64,000 nucleotides of DNA from an uncultured Bacilli bacterium (GTDB taxonomy: Bacteria > Bacillota_I > Bacilli_A > RF39 > UBA660), in the NCBI GenBank assembly GCA_947598325.1, contig CANQFD010000002.1, forward strand, positions 26,765 to 90,764, given 5' to 3'. The translations under genes were made by a program, and so were the position numbers. Positions 20,254 to 30,453 of the stretch are shown one piece after another (the stretch's first letter is position 1; every line of letters starts with the position of its first letter). The notes below the pieces were generated by a model that was not told the DNA's origin, made no database searches, and was given only the letters and a program-made list of their open reading frames with translations.

Positions 20254-22131
20254 CTATTTTGATAATAATTCACATATTAAATTACTTACCTCTGTTGGGT
20301 TATCTATTGATAATCCCTCTATTAATCTTGCTTGTGAATAAAGTATTTTTGTATAACTTTCAAATTTTTCTTTATCTTCTTTATATAATTTCTTTAATTT
20401 ATCGGCAATTGGATGAGAATCATTTATTTCAAGTATAATTTTAGCATTAATATTCTCATCTGTAGGCATTGCATTTATAACCTTTTGCATTTCTATTGAA
20501 ACAGGTCCTTCACTTACTAAACATACTGGATGATTTTTAAGCCTATGAGTAAATCTAACATCAGCTACTTCATTATTTAGATTTTCCTTCATTAAGTTAA
20601 ACATATCCTTATTATCTTCATTTAATTTTTTCAAAGATTCCTTTTCTTCTTCTGAATCAAGATTTAAATCATTCTCACAAACATTTATAAAATTCTTTCC
20701 ATCATATTGCATTAATGTTTTAATAACAAATTCATCAATATATTCAGTTAAATATAATATATTATATCCCTTATCTTTTATTTTTTCTACTTGTGGAAGC
20801 ATATCTATTTTATCTATAGTTTCTCCGCAAGCATAATAAATATTTTCATCATCTTTATTCATACCTGAAACATATTCTTTAAATGTTATTAATTTTCCTT
20901 CTTTAGATGAATGAAACAATATTAAATCCTGTAATTCATCTTTATGCATGCCATAATCATTATATATTCCCATCTTTAATTGCATTCCAAATTCCTTAAA
21001 GAATTTCTCATATAAATCTCTATCACTTTTAAGCATATCAGCAAGTTCATTTTTTATTTTCTTTTCTATATTACTAGCTATTAACTTTAATTGTCTATCT
21101 TGCTGAAGCATTTCTCTTGATATATTAAGTGATAAATCATCACTATCAACAAGTCCTTTTACAAATCCAAAATAATCTGGAAGTAAATCAGAACATTTAT
21201 CCATTATAAGTACACCATTTGAGTAAAGTGCTAGTCCTTTTTCATATTCCTTTGAATAATAATCATATGGTGCATGAGATGGAATAAATAAAAGTGATTT
21301 ATAACTTGTCATTCCCTCTACACTAGTATGTATTACTTTTAATGGATCTTGATAATCATAAAATTTACTTTGGTAAAATGAATTATATTCTTCTTCCTTT
21401 ATCTTACTTTTATTTTTCTTCCATAAAGGAATCATACTATTTAATATTTCTTCTTTAGTTACATCCTCATATTCATTATCAGAACCTTTTTTTAATTCTC
21501 TTCTTGTTACATTCATTTTAATTGGGTATCTAATATAATCTGAATACTTTTTAACTAAAGACTCAATAGTATAGCTATCTATAAAATCGCTATATGTAAA
21601 TTCATCTGAATCTTCTTTTATTTTTAATGTTATCGTAGTTCCATAATCATCTTTTGATGTTTCTGTTATGTTATATCCCTCTACTCCCTTAGAAGTCCAT
21701 TTATAAGCTTTATCAGTCCCATAAGCTTTTGTTACTACTTCGACTTTATCACTTACCATGAATGATGAATAAAATCCAACACCAAACTGTCCAATTATGT
21801 CAATGTCTTTTTTTGATTCATTTTCTTCTTTAAACTTAAGTGAGCCTGAATTTGCAATCATACCAAGATTATTTTCAAGTTCTTCTTTTGTCATACCTAT
21901 ACCATTATCAGATATAGTAAGTAATCTATTATCTTTATCAATATTTAGTTTAATGCATAAATCTTTTTTATTAACTTTTATTTTCTTATCAGTTAAAGAA
22001 TTATAATAAAGTTTATCTATCGCATCACTTGCATTTGAAATTAATTCTCTTAAAAAAATTTCTTTGTTTGTATAAATAGAATTAATCATAAGATCAAGTA
22101 ATCTTTTTGATTCTGCTTTAAACTGTTTCAT
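20254..22131 (-). CDS. htpG: Chaperone HtpG (Hsp90)
   Basis: N-terminal GHKL ATPase motifs (ELISNASDAIDK, GQFGVGFYS). Full length of 625 aa. Confidence 0.95.
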   Translation of the reverse strand: MKQFKAESKRLLDLMINSIYTNKEIFLRELISNASDAIDKLYYNSLTDKKIKVNKKDLCIKLNIDKDNRLLTISDNGIGMTKEELENNLGMIANSGSLKFKEENESKKDIDIIGQFGVGFYSSFMVSDKVEVVTKAYGTDKAYKWTSKGVEGYNITETSKDDYGTTITLKIKEDSDEFTYSDFIDSYTIESLVKKYSDYIRYPIKMNVTRRELKKGSDNEYEDVTKEEILNSMIPLWKKNKSKIKEEEYNSFYQSKFYDYQDPLKVIHTSVEGMTSYKSLLFIPSHAPYDYYSKEYEKGLALYSNGVLIMDKCSDLLPDYFGFVKGLVDSDDLSLNISREMLQQDRQLKLIASNIEKKIKNELADMLKSDRDLYEKFFKEFGMQLKMGIYNDYGMHKDELQDLILFHSSKEGKLITFKEYVSGMNKDDENIYYACGETIDKIDMLPQVEKIKDKGYNILYLTEYIDEFVIKTLMQYDGKNFINVCENDLNLDSEEEKESLKKLNEDNKDMFNLMKENLNNEVADVRFTHRLKNHPVCLVSEGPVSIEMQKVINAMPTDENINAKIILEINDSHPIADKLKKLYKEDKEKFESYTKILYSQARLIEGLSIDNPTEVSNLICELLSK

Positions 22132-22186
22132 TCACATTCCTTCTTTCTGTCATTATATACTTGACATATTAATAGTAACACTTTAT

Positions 22187-22213
22187 CTAGCACTTGTCAA
22201 TATAGAGTGCTAA
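22187..22213 (-). promoter_or_regulatory. CIRCE-like HrcA operator overlapping the htpG promoter
   Basis: CTAGCACTT-GTCAATATA-GAGTGCTAA against the consensus TTAGCACTC-N9-GAGTGCTAA. On the minus strand the N9 spacer contains TTGACA (22195-22200), followed 17 nt later by TACTAT (22172-22177). Confidence 0.75.
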
Positions 22214-22331
22214 AATTGTTGTAAATAATAATTTAGTATATTTAAAAACACACTATGAAATAATATTTCTTTATGAATTTTTTTTGTAAAAAATAGAAAA
22301 AATACATCTTTAAAATGCATTTCTTATACTA

Positions 22332-23063
22332 CTATTTAAGTTCACTATGACCATTACTATAATCTATAATAATACCATCTTGAACATTATAAACATAAAC
22401 ATTAAACTTAATTCCCTTACCCCCATCTTCAACTGATAAACCTTCCATTTGAACACCACTAGCTAGTAAATTATTGCCTTCAAATATTGGAGTAACTCTA
22501 TATAAAACATGATTATGGGTTTTCTTTATATACTCTGCAACTTTATTTTCAAATTCTAACATTCCAACAGAATTCATATATCTAGTACAAGTAATTAAAT
22601 TCTTTTCATTAGCATTTTCACCAGTTAATTGATATCCTATTAAATGGCACCTATTATATAAGTATTTACCATCTACAATATCATATTTAATTGTATGCCA
22701 GCCTGAAGGCTTTATCATACCAATTCTACCTCGCTCCTGTGTAGGCATAGTATCAATACATACATTAGCATACGCAATTCCTGCTCTTTTAAGTGAATCT
22801 AGATCACTATAGTTTTCAAAAGTTGTAGTAGTTATATCCTCTTCATTAAAATTTGGATTATTATTATTTATTACAACATAAGCTTTACCATTATACTCTG
22901 GAATTTCCCCAATATTATATGATTTTTGTTCATATGGAATTATGTTTGCCAAAAACTTATTAAAATCATCTTTATAATAATCATAAAAATAAATGGCAGT
23001 AGAAATTATTAAGGTAGATATTATATATTTTATAGTTTTATTTTTTGTCCTTCTTCTTGACAT
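22332..23063 (-). CDS. Membrane-anchored DNA/RNA non-specific endonuclease (EndA/NucA-like)
   Basis: N-terminal TM anchor and nuclease motif RCHLIGYQLTGENANEKNLITCTRYMN. Confidence 0.8.
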   Translation of the reverse strand: MSRRRTKNKTIKYIISTLIISTAIYFYDYYKDDFNKFLANIIPYEQKSYNIGEIPEYNGKAYVVINNNNPNFNEEDITTTTFENYSDLDSLKRAGIAYANVCIDTMPTQERGRIGMIKPSGWHTIKYDIVDGKYLYNRCHLIGYQLTGENANEKNLITCTRYMNSVGMLEFENKVAEYIKKTHNHVLYRVTPIFEGNNLLASGVQMEGLSVEDGGKGIKFNVYVYNVQDGIIIDYSNGHSELK

Positions 23064-23193
23064 GTTACACCTCTACAAATTTGTTAATATAACTTTTTTA
23101 CTATTTCTTTGAAACATAAAGTATTTTTCTATCTTGTTTTCATTATACTATAACCTATTTTTAATTTCAATAATTACAAAAAAACTAATGATT

Positions 23194-25311
23194 TTACTCA
23201 TTAGTTATTATAAGTTCATTATTTTTAATATCGATTATTACTTCAGACCCAGTTTCTACTTTATCATTTATAATAGCATTAGCAAGTAATGTTTCCAAAT
23301 TTCTTGATACAAATCTTTTAATAGGTCTTGCACCATATTTTTCATCATAAGAATTATTTATTATAAAATCTTTAGCATTTTTAGTTAATTTTAATGTAAT
23401 ATGTTTATCCTCTAATCTTTTTTCTATATCACTAATTATTTTATCTAATATTTCATATACTACATTTTTATCTAGAGATTTAAATATAATTACTTCATCA
23501 ATACGATTTATAAATTCAGGTTTAAAAGTATGTTTTAATTCACCCATTACAAGTTCATCTTTATTCTCCATATCTTCTAATATATATTCACTACCAAGGT
23601 TAGATGTCATAATTATAATTGTATTTTTAAAATCAACTGTTCTACCTTGTGAATCTGTTATTCTACCATCATCTAATATTTGAAGAAGTATATTAAATAC
23701 ATCTTTATGTGCTTTTTCTATTTCATCAAATAATACAATACTATATGGATTTCTCCTTACTGCTTCTGTTAATTGTCCACCTTCATCATAACCTACATAT
23801 CCTGGAGGAGCACCAACAAGTCTTGAAACAGAATGAGATTCCATATACTCACTCATATCAATTCTAACTATATGTCTTTCATCGTCAAAAAGTTCATATG
23901 CTAGTGTTTTAGCAACTTCTGTCTTACCAACACCAGTAGGTCCTAGAAATATAAACGAACCAATTGGCCTATTTGGATCTTTAATACCTGCACGTGATCT
24001 TATAATTGCTTCACTTACTAATTTTAAAGCATCATCTTGCCCTTTTACTCTTTTTTTCATATTTTCTTCTAGATGTATAATTTTTTCTCTTTCTCCACCT
24101 ACAAGTTTACTAATAGGTATCTTAGTCCAATTAGATATTATTTTAGCAATATCTTCCTCATCAACTGTATCAGATAAAATTTCATTTTTAGCCTTATTAT
24201 TAAGTTCATCTAATTCTTTTTCTAGTTTTGGAATAGTTCCATGTCTTAACTTTGCTGCTGTTTCTAAATCATAAATATTTTCAGCTTGTTCTAATTTAAA
24301 ATTAGCATTTGATAATTCTTCCTTTTTTGCCTTTATCTTATCATTAATATTTTTTTCTTCTTCCCAATCGTTTCTAAGTCTTTTCTCATCTTCTTTTAAT
24401 TTATTCAAAGTTTCATTAAGTTCAATTACTCTATTTTTTGATATTTCATCTTTTTCTTTTTTTAATGCCTCTTTTTCTATTTCTAAACGCATTATTTTTC
24501 TTGTTAATGTATCAAGTTCAGTAGGCACTGAATCCATTTGAACTTTTATAGTTGCACAAGCTTCATCAATTAAATCAATTGCTTTATCTGGTAAAAATCT
24601 ATCTGTTATATATCTATTTGAAAGTGTTGCAGCTGATACAAGTGCTCTATCTTTTATTGTTACACCATGATGAACCTCAAATCTTTCTTTTAATCCTCTA
24701 AGTATTGTAATTGTGTCAATTACAGTAGGTTCATTTACTTGTACCTTTTGAAAACGTCTTTCAAGAGCACCATCCTTTTCAATATATTTTCTATATTCAT
24801 TAAGTGTAGTTGCACCAATACAAAGTATTTCTCCCCTTGCAAGCATTGGTTTAAGCATATTACCAGCATCCATAGCACCCTCTAAAGCTCCTGCACCTAC
24901 AATCATATGTATTTCATCAATAAATAATATTATTTCTCCATTAGAATCTTTTATTTCTTTTAATACCGATTTTAATCTCTCTTCAAATTCACCTCTATAT
25001 TTAGCACCAGCGATTAATGCTCCCATATCAAGTTCCCAAATTCTTTTATTTCTTAAACTATTTGGAACATCCCCTTTTACTATTCTAAGTGCTAAGCCCT
25101 CTACAATCGCAGTTTTACCAACACCGGGTTCACCAATTAAAACTGGATTATTTTTTGTTTTACGAGATAAAATTCTAGTAATACTTCTTATTTCTTCATC
25201 TCTTCCAATAACTGGATCTATTTTACCATCCTTTACAGCTTGAACAATATCTCTACCATATTTTTCAAGTGGATTTTGTAAATTTTCCTCATATGGATTT
25301 TGCATATTCAT
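23194..25311 (-). CDS. clpB: ClpB disaggregase lacking the N-terminal domain (two AAA+ modules plus coiled-coil M domain)
   Basis: Starts at ...[60 protein letters not shown]. This aligns with roughly residue 150 onward of E. coli ClpB. Walker A sites GEPGVGKT and GPTGVGKT are present. Only 112 nt of non-coding DNA lies upstream. Confidence 0.9.
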   Translation of the reverse strand: MNMQNPYEENLQNPLEKYGRDIVQAVKDGKIDPVIGRDEEIRSITRILSRKTKNNPVLIGEPGVGKTAIVEGLALRIVKGDVPNSLRNKRIWELDMGALIAGAKYRGEFEERLKSVLKEIKDSNGEIILFIDEIHMIVGAGALEGAMDAGNMLKPMLARGEILCIGATTLNEYRKYIEKDGALERRFQKVQVNEPTVIDTITILRGLKERFEVHHGVTIKDRALVSAATLSNRYITDRFLPDKAIDLIDEACATIKVQMDSVPTELDTLTRKIMRLEIEKEALKKEKDEISKNRVIELNETLNKLKEDEKRLRNDWEEEKNINDKIKAKKEELSNANFKLEQAENIYDLETAAKLRHGTIPKLEKELDELNNKAKNEILSDTVDEEDIAKIISNWTKIPISKLVGGEREKIIHLEENMKKRVKGQDDALKLVSEAIIRSRAGIKDPNRPIGSFIFLGPTGVGKTEVAKTLAYELFDDERHIVRIDMSEYMESHSVSRLVGAPPGYVGYDEGGQLTEAVRRNPYSIVLFDEIEKAHKDVFNILLQILDDGRITDSQGRTVDFKNTIIIMTSNLGSEYILEDMENKDELVMGELKHTFKPEFINRIDEVIIFKSLDKNVVYEILDKIISDIEKRLEDKHITLKLTKNAKDFIINNSYDEKYGARPIKRFVSRNLETLLANAIINDKVETGSEVIIDIKNNELIITNE

Positions 25312-25377
25312 ATATTACCCCTCCTAACACTATTTTTTTATTCACTTAAAAAATTATGCATTTTTCTGCATAATTTA

Positions 25378-25418
25378 ATTATATCACTGTTTTAGCACTT
25401 GTCAAGTGTAAGTGCTAA
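25378..25418 (-). promoter_or_regulatory. clpB promoter with embedded CIRCE operator
   Basis: CIRCE TTAGCACTT-GTCAAGTGT-AAGTGCTAA at 25392-25418. The minus strand reads TTGACA (25400-25405), a 16-nt spacer, then TGaTATAAT (-10 at 25378-25383). A 9-bp perfect hairpin AATTATGCA-N6-TGCATAATT (25352-25375) sits at the predicted mRNA 5' end. Confidence 0.75.
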
Positions 25419-25423
25419 AAAGA

Positions 25424-26002
25424 TTATTGTTCGTCTATTACTTTAGTAGCTTCCTTAATAACATTTTTAAACTTAATTTTTATTAATATACAATCTATAA
25501 TATCAAGAAACGCATATATACATATTATTATACCTAAAATATTTGTCACCAATTGTGCACCACTTATTGGATTAATAATAAAGTATGCACCTGTAATTAT
25601 TATAATTATTGAAAATACAAACGTTACTACCCAGCTTTTTTCTTTTTCATCTCTTATTTCAAATGCAATTTGAAGTTTATTTATTCCATTAATTATCATC
25701 CATACTCCAATAAATACTGGAACTAAAATCATTAACATTTTTTCATTTAATAAAAACATAAGACCACAAACTATAGAAAATATTCCAGATATAAGACTTA
25801 TACCTGCAAGTATCCCCTCTTTTCTATATCTAAAATAATCTACAACTGGAAATATACCAATTAAAAGTAATATTACCCCTATAATTGCTGATATTGACTT
25901 TATAAATCCTTCAGCATTTAATATTAGTAATAAACCAAATAGAAATAAAATAATTGACGAAACAATTGACATTCTGTACACTTTTTTTACCATTTTATCC
26001 AT
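25424..26002 (-). CDS. HdeD/DUF308-family membrane protein
   Basis: Six-TM small protein with the repeating G-rich helix pattern typical of DUF308. Confidence 0.55.
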   Translation of the reverse strand: MDKMVKKVYRMSIVSSIILFLFGLLLILNAEGFIKSISAIIGVILLLIGIFPVVDYFRYRKEGILAGISLISGIFSIVCGLMFLLNEKMLMILVPVFIGVWMIINGINKLQIAFEIRDEKEKSWVVTFVFSIIIIITGAYFIINPISGAQLVTNILGIIICIYAFLDIIDCILIKIKFKNVIKEATKVIDEQ

Positions 26003-26061
26003 CCTTTCATTAATAATGATAACATAAATTTACAATAATTTTTTTATTAAACAATAAAATT

Positions 26062-26583
26062 TCATAATTTATATTCCAATATCTTCCCTTCATATATTTT
26101 ATTAAGTCCCTCGATATTTGTAAAGTCCATAGGTTTTACTATATTATCAGTTTTTGGAAATATATTCACACTTTCATCTGATAATATTTTATATATAAAT
26201 TCTGAACAATAGTACTTTCTTCTATTTATCTTTTTATTAAATATAGCAAGAACAAGACCTATAAAATTATAACCCTTACTAGAATTTCCATACTCATTTA
26301 AAAGTCTAATAATATTATCATATTGTAATTTTGACACATTAAGTTCATATATCAATATTTCTGCATTTGGATTTAAAATAAATACACCCTTATATATATT
26401 TTCATTCTTATATACACCAGTAAAAGGATAATAAGTATATTTTCTACCAATAGAATACATATCTGTACATTCTTCATCAAAAGATAATGATATATGTGAA
26501 TATTTTCCATTAGTTACCTTTTGTATTAATCTTGCAAGTAAAGTATAACTTTGTGTTAACACTATATATATTTTATAACTCAT
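26062..26583 (-). CDS. Permuted papain-like (YiiX/YaeF, C92-like) cysteine peptidase/amidase family protein
   Basis: Motifs KYSHISLSF and YYCSEFIYKIL. Start set at the ATG at 26583 (MSYKIYIV), preceded by GGGAG. The track's longer ORF to 26775 would overlap the rubrerythrin start and promoter. Confidence 0.6.
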   Translation of the reverse strand: MSYKIYIVLTQSYTLLARLIQKVTNGKYSHISLSFDEECTDMYSIGRKYTYYPFTGVYKNENIYKGVFILNPNAEILIYELNVSKLQYDNIIRLLNEYGNSSKGYNFIGLVLAIFNKKINRRKYYCSEFIYKILSDESVNIFPKTDNIVKPMDFTNIEGLNKIYEGKILEYKL

Positions 26584-26743
26584 ATTACTGCTCCCTAAAC
26601 TAATTATAATACACAAATTACAAACTGAAAAACTAAAATTAACAACTTTACATTTTATTTTAAATATCGTTGAATTTTTATTATCAAAATGATATAATTT
26701 TTTTGAAATCATTATTAGATTAAATTTAGAAAGGAAGTATATT

Positions 26744-27283
26744 ATGACATTAAAAGGTAGTAAAACAGAAAGCAATTTAATGACTGCTTTCGCAGGTGAA
26801 AGCCAAGCTAGAAATAAGTATACTTATTATGCTAGTAAAGCAAAAAAAGAAGGATATGAACAAATTTCTAATATATTTAAGGAAACAGCTGATAATGAAA
26901 AAGAACATGCAAAAATATGGTTTAAATTATTACATGATGGCGATGTACCTAGTACAGTTGATAATTTAAAAGACGCTGCCGGTGGTGAAAACTACGAATG
27001 GACAGACATGTATGCAAAATTTGCTAAGGAAGCCAAAGAAGAAGGATTTGATCATATTGCTTATCTTTTTGAAGAAGTAGGAAAAATCGAAAAACATCAT
27101 GAAGAAAGATATATGACATTACTTGGTAATGTAGAAAATGATATGGTATTTAAGAAAGGTGAAGAAACAGTTTGGATTTGTCGTAACTGTGGATATGTAT
27201 ATGTTGGAAAAGAAGCACCTAAGGTATGTCCAGTTTGTGCACATCCTCAAAGTTTCTTTGAAAAAAAATCTGAGAATTATTAA
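26744..27283 (+). CDS. rbr: Rubrerythrin
   Basis: Ferritin-like diiron region ([12 protein letters not shown]...EKEHAKIW...E..H) plus a C-terminal rubredoxin-like CRNCG...CPVC. Upstream promoter is TTGAAT-N17-TATAAT with a TG extension. Confidence 0.9.
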   Translation: MTLKGSKTESNLMTAFAGESQARNKYTYYASKAKKEGYEQISNIFKETADNEKEHAKIWFKLLHDGDVPSTVDNLKDAAGGENYEWTDMYAKFAKEAKEEGFDHIAYLFEEVGKIEKHHEERYMTLLGNVENDMVFKKGEETVWICRNCGYVYVGKEAPKVCPVCAHPQSFFEKKSENY

Positions 27284-27324
27284 TAAAAGATATTCATTGA
27301 ATATCTTTTATTAAAGTGTAGACA

Positions 27325-27355
27325 AACCCCTAGTTTTTAAACTAGGGGTTTTCTT
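27325..27355 (+). terminator. Rho-independent terminator after rbr (second of two hairpins)
   Basis: AACCCCTAGTT...AACTAGGGGTT followed by TTTTCTT. An additional hairpin AAAGATATTC-ATT-GAATATCTTT lies at 27286-27309. Confidence 0.8.
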
Positions 27356-27406
27356 ATATAATTTTAAAAAAGAAAACTCACACCCTCGTGTGAGTAATTA
27401 TTACAA

Positions 27407-27480
27407 TGGAGCAGGTGAGGAGAATCGAACTCCCGTATACAGCTTGGAAGGCTGTGGTTCTACCATTAAACTACACCTGC
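27407..27480 (-). tRNA. tRNA-Gly (anticodon UCC)
   Basis: The reverse complement GCAGGTGTAGTTTAATGGTAGAACCACAGCCTTCCAAGCTGTATACGGGAGTTCGATTCTCCTCACCTGCTCCA folds as a cloverleaf. Anticodon loop is CTTCCAA and CCA is encoded. A terminator hairpin CTCACAC-N4-GTGTGAG plus U-run lies at 27364-27394. Confidence 0.9.
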
Positions 27481-27539
27481 ATAAAAAATAAGTACTATTT
27501 AATTATACTTATTTTTTTATTTATGTCAATACAATGACT

Positions 27540-28142
27540 CTACATTTTTTTATTTTCAACTAATTTTAAACTTCTTTCAATGTCAATTTTTTTAGATTTA
27601 TCATATGCATTTTCAACTTTTTTTACTTTAATTAACAATTTTTTTGCTATTTTTGTATTTTTTAATTGTTTACTTATTATTTTCCTTTGTCTTTTTTCAA
27701 GGGTTGATATTTGTGACCTTATAGAATAATATTCATCTTCAGTATTTCTTATAAATTCTTCCAATTTTTTTTCGTCATCTTGAGCTTTTTTTAATTCTTC
27801 TTTCAAAATAGGAATTAATAATTCCATTTTTCTTTTGTTATTTTCATTTATTAAACCTCTATAAGAATCATATGCATCAGCACTTAGTTTATCAATTTTT
27901 TGTTCTATTACAATAGGTAATTTTTTTATTTCGTAATATTTTCCTTTACCAATTTGTAATAAACATATTTCCCTATAGTCTTCTTTTAGTTCATCATATT
28001 TAATACATAGTTCTTTTAATTCTTCACAAATTTTGGCATATTCATAATCTAATCTTTCAGTTTCTTTATTTAATAAATTAATATTTGAAAATGCTTTAAC
28101 ACAAAATTCCTCTTTTTTTTCTTCAGTTAAAATTTCTCTCAC
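27540..28142 (-). CDS. Hypothetical coiled-coil protein
   Basis: 200-aa ORF rich in E/K heptad-like sequence, downstream of tex. No recognisable motif. Confidence 0.5.
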   Translation of the reverse strand: MREILTEEKKEEFCVKAFSNINLLNKETERLDYEYAKICEELKELCIKYDELKEDYREICLLQIGKGKYYEIKKLPIVIEQKIDKLSADAYDSYRGLINENNKRKMELLIPILKEELKKAQDDEKKLEEFIRNTEDEYYSIRSQISTLEKRQRKIISKQLKNTKIAKKLLIKVKKVENAYDKSKKIDIERSLKLVENKKM

Positions 28143-28196
28143 TATCTCACCTCCTGAATTGAATCAGCTATATAATAGCATATTAATTCATATAAA

Positions 28197-30365
28197 TCAA
28201 ACATTTTCATCATTTTTATCATTTTCATCACTGCCAATTAGGGTTAGTGCAACCTTCCCTTTATCTAAAAATATATCTTCTACATAACAGGTTATAATAT
28301 CCCCTACGCTTAAAATTTCAGATGGATGTTTTATATATTGATCTGTCATTTTTGATATATGAACTAAGCCATCATTTTTTATTCCAATATCAATAAAAGC
28401 TCCAAAGTCTACTACATTTCTCACTGTTCCTTGTAGTTTCATTCCTTTTTTTAAATCTTCCAATTTTAACACATCACTTTTAAGAATTGGTTTATCAAAT
28501 TCATCACGTGGATCTCTATATGGCATTTTTAAAGAATTTATAATATCTTCAAATGTGAAAATATCTATATTTAGTTTTGTTGAATATTCTTGTACATCAA
28601 TACAATTTAATTTATTTATCAATTTTTCTTTTCCCAAATCTTCATATGATAAATCAAGCATATTTAATAATTGATATGTTTTGTTATAACTTTCAGGATG
28701 TATACTTGTTCTATCAAGTGGATTATCACCATCAACTATCCTCATAAAACCAATAGATTGTTCATAAATTTTATCACTTAATATTTTATTCTTTTTAAGT
28801 TCTTCCCTAGATTTAAATTTTCCATTATTGTTCCTAAAAGCCAATATCTTTTCTATTGACTTTTTTGTTAATCCAGATACATATTTTAATAAAGAAAAAC
28901 TTGCTGTATTTATATTTACACCTACATTATTAACTGATTTACTAACTATAAAATCAAGTGTTTCATTTAACCTTTTCTGTTTTACATCATGTTGGTATTG
29001 TCCAACTCCTATTGATTTCGGATCAATTTTTACAAGTTCACTAAGTGGATCTTGGAGTCTTCTTGCAATTGAGATTGCACTTCTTTCTTCAACATGCAAA
29101 TTTGGAAATTCCTCTATTGCAAGTTTACTTGCAGAATATACACTAGCACCTGCTTCATTAACTATAATATATTTAACATTTTTTCCTGATTCTTTTATAA
29201 CATTACTAATAAATGTTTCACTCTCTCTTGACGCAGTACCATTTCCAATCGCAATTATATCAATGTTATATTTATCTATCAAATCTAAAACTATCTTTTT
29301 ACTTTGCTCATATTCATTTTTAGGTTCATGAGGATATATAACTCCTATATCAAGAACTTGACCAGTATAATCAATAACTGCAAGTTTACATCCAGTTCTA
29401 TAGGCAGGATCAAGACCTAAAACTACTTTATCCTTCATAGGAGGAGTTAGAAGATATTTTTCTAAATTCTTTGCGAATACATTTATAGCATCCTCCTCAC
29501 TTCTTTCTGTAAGCTCACCTCTTATTTCCCTTTCAACGCTCGGTCCTATTAATCTCTTGTATGAATCCTCTATTGCATATTTTACGATTTTTACACACTC
29601 TGATAATTTATCTTTTACTATTTTTTTCTCTAAATATTCTAAAATATACTCTTTATTATATTCCAATGAAACATTAAGTATTCCTTCTTTTTCTCCCCTA
29701 TTTATTGCTAATACTCTATGAGATTTTATATATTTTATATTTTCATTATAATCATAATACATCTCATATACCTTTTTCTCATCAATACTATTTTTTTTCA
29801 ATTTAGTTCTAATTGTACCATTATTAAATATATTATTTCTAATCCATTTTCTATAATATGCATTATCACTAATATATTCCGCTATTATATAACCTGCACC
29901 TTCTATAGCAGCATCCTTTGTTTTAACATTGTCATTTATAAACTTTTCCACATTATAAAGTTTTTTTGGAAAACTAAGAATAATCTTTGCTAATGGTTCA
30001 AGTCCATTATTTATTGCATCAGTAGCTTTTGTTTTTTTCTTTTCTTTATATGGTCTATATAAATCCTCTACCTCTATCAACTTCTTAGCATCCATTATTG
30101 CATTTTTTATATCTTCTGTTAAAAGACCTTTTTCATCTATTAATCTAATCACATCTTCTTTTCTTTTAAGCAAATTTAATTGATATTCATATTCTTCTTT
30201 AATTACTCTTATTTGCTCTTCATTTAAATTTCCAGTTTTTTCCTTTCTATATCTCGCAATAAAAGGAATTGTACTTCCATCTTCCAACATTCTTAATGTT
30301 GATAAAACTTGGTTTTCTTTTATATTTAATTCTATAACAATTTTGTTTATTATATCTTTATTCAT
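28197..30365 (-). CDS. tex: Tex-like transcription accessory protein (YqgF/HhH/S1 domains)
   Basis: N-terminal ...TIPFIARYRKE, a YqgF-like centre, and a C-terminal S1 domain (GMKLQGTVRNVVDFGAFIDIG...DGLVHISK). Confidence 0.9.
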   Translation of the reverse strand: MNKDIINKIVIELNIKENQVLSTLRMLEDGSTIPFIARYRKEKTGNLNEEQIRVIKEEYEYQLNLLKRKEDVIRLIDEKGLLTEDIKNAIMDAKKLIEVEDLYRPYKEKKKTKATDAINNGLEPLAKIILSFPKKLYNVEKFINDNVKTKDAAIEGAGYIIAEYISDNAYYRKWIRNNIFNNGTIRTKLKKNSIDEKKVYEMYYDYNENIKYIKSHRVLAINRGEKEGILNVSLEYNKEYILEYLEKKIVKDKLSECVKIVKYAIEDSYKRLIGPSVEREIRGELTERSEEDAINVFAKNLEKYLLTPPMKDKVVLGLDPAYRTGCKLAVIDYTGQVLDIGVIYPHEPKNEYEQSKKIVLDLIDKYNIDIIAIGNGTASRESETFISNVIKESGKNVKYIIVNEAGASVYSASKLAIEEFPNLHVEERSAISIARRLQDPLSELVKIDPKSIGVGQYQHDVKQKRLNETLDFIVSKSVNNVGVNINTASFSLLKYVSGLTKKSIEKILAFRNNNGKFKSREELKKNKILSDKIYEQSIGFMRIVDGDNPLDRTSIHPESYNKTYQLLNMLDLSYEDLGKEKLINKLNCIDVQEYSTKLNIDIFTFEDIINSLKMPYRDPRDEFDKPILKSDVLKLEDLKKGMKLQGTVRNVVDFGAFIDIGIKNDGLVHISKMTDQYIKHPSEILSVGDIITCYVEDIFLDKGKVALTLIGSDENDKNDENV

Positions 30366-30453
30366 ATAATCATATCTCCATTTAACTATCCGTATAAATA
30401 ATTATAACATAATACACTTAAAACAATTAATAAAACCGATCATCCATAATCAT

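Noticed and set aside
19754-20438. Plus-strand ORFs 19754-20104 and 20196-20438
   Set aside because: They are antisense to hsp20 and to the 3' end of htpG respectively, and are low-complexity.
26660-26740. Possible PerR/Fur box in the rubrerythrin promoter (ATTATCA-AAA-TGATATA and AATCATTATTAGATT)
   Set aside because: Only short or mis-oriented half-site matches to the 7-1-7 consensus. In DNA this AT-rich such matches are expected by chance.
26584-26775. N-terminal 64-codon extension of the 237-aa ORF, overlapping the rubrerythrin start
   Set aside because: The extension would run through the rbr promoter and start codon. An internal ATG at 26583 has a GGGAG RBS and begins the conserved part of the protein.
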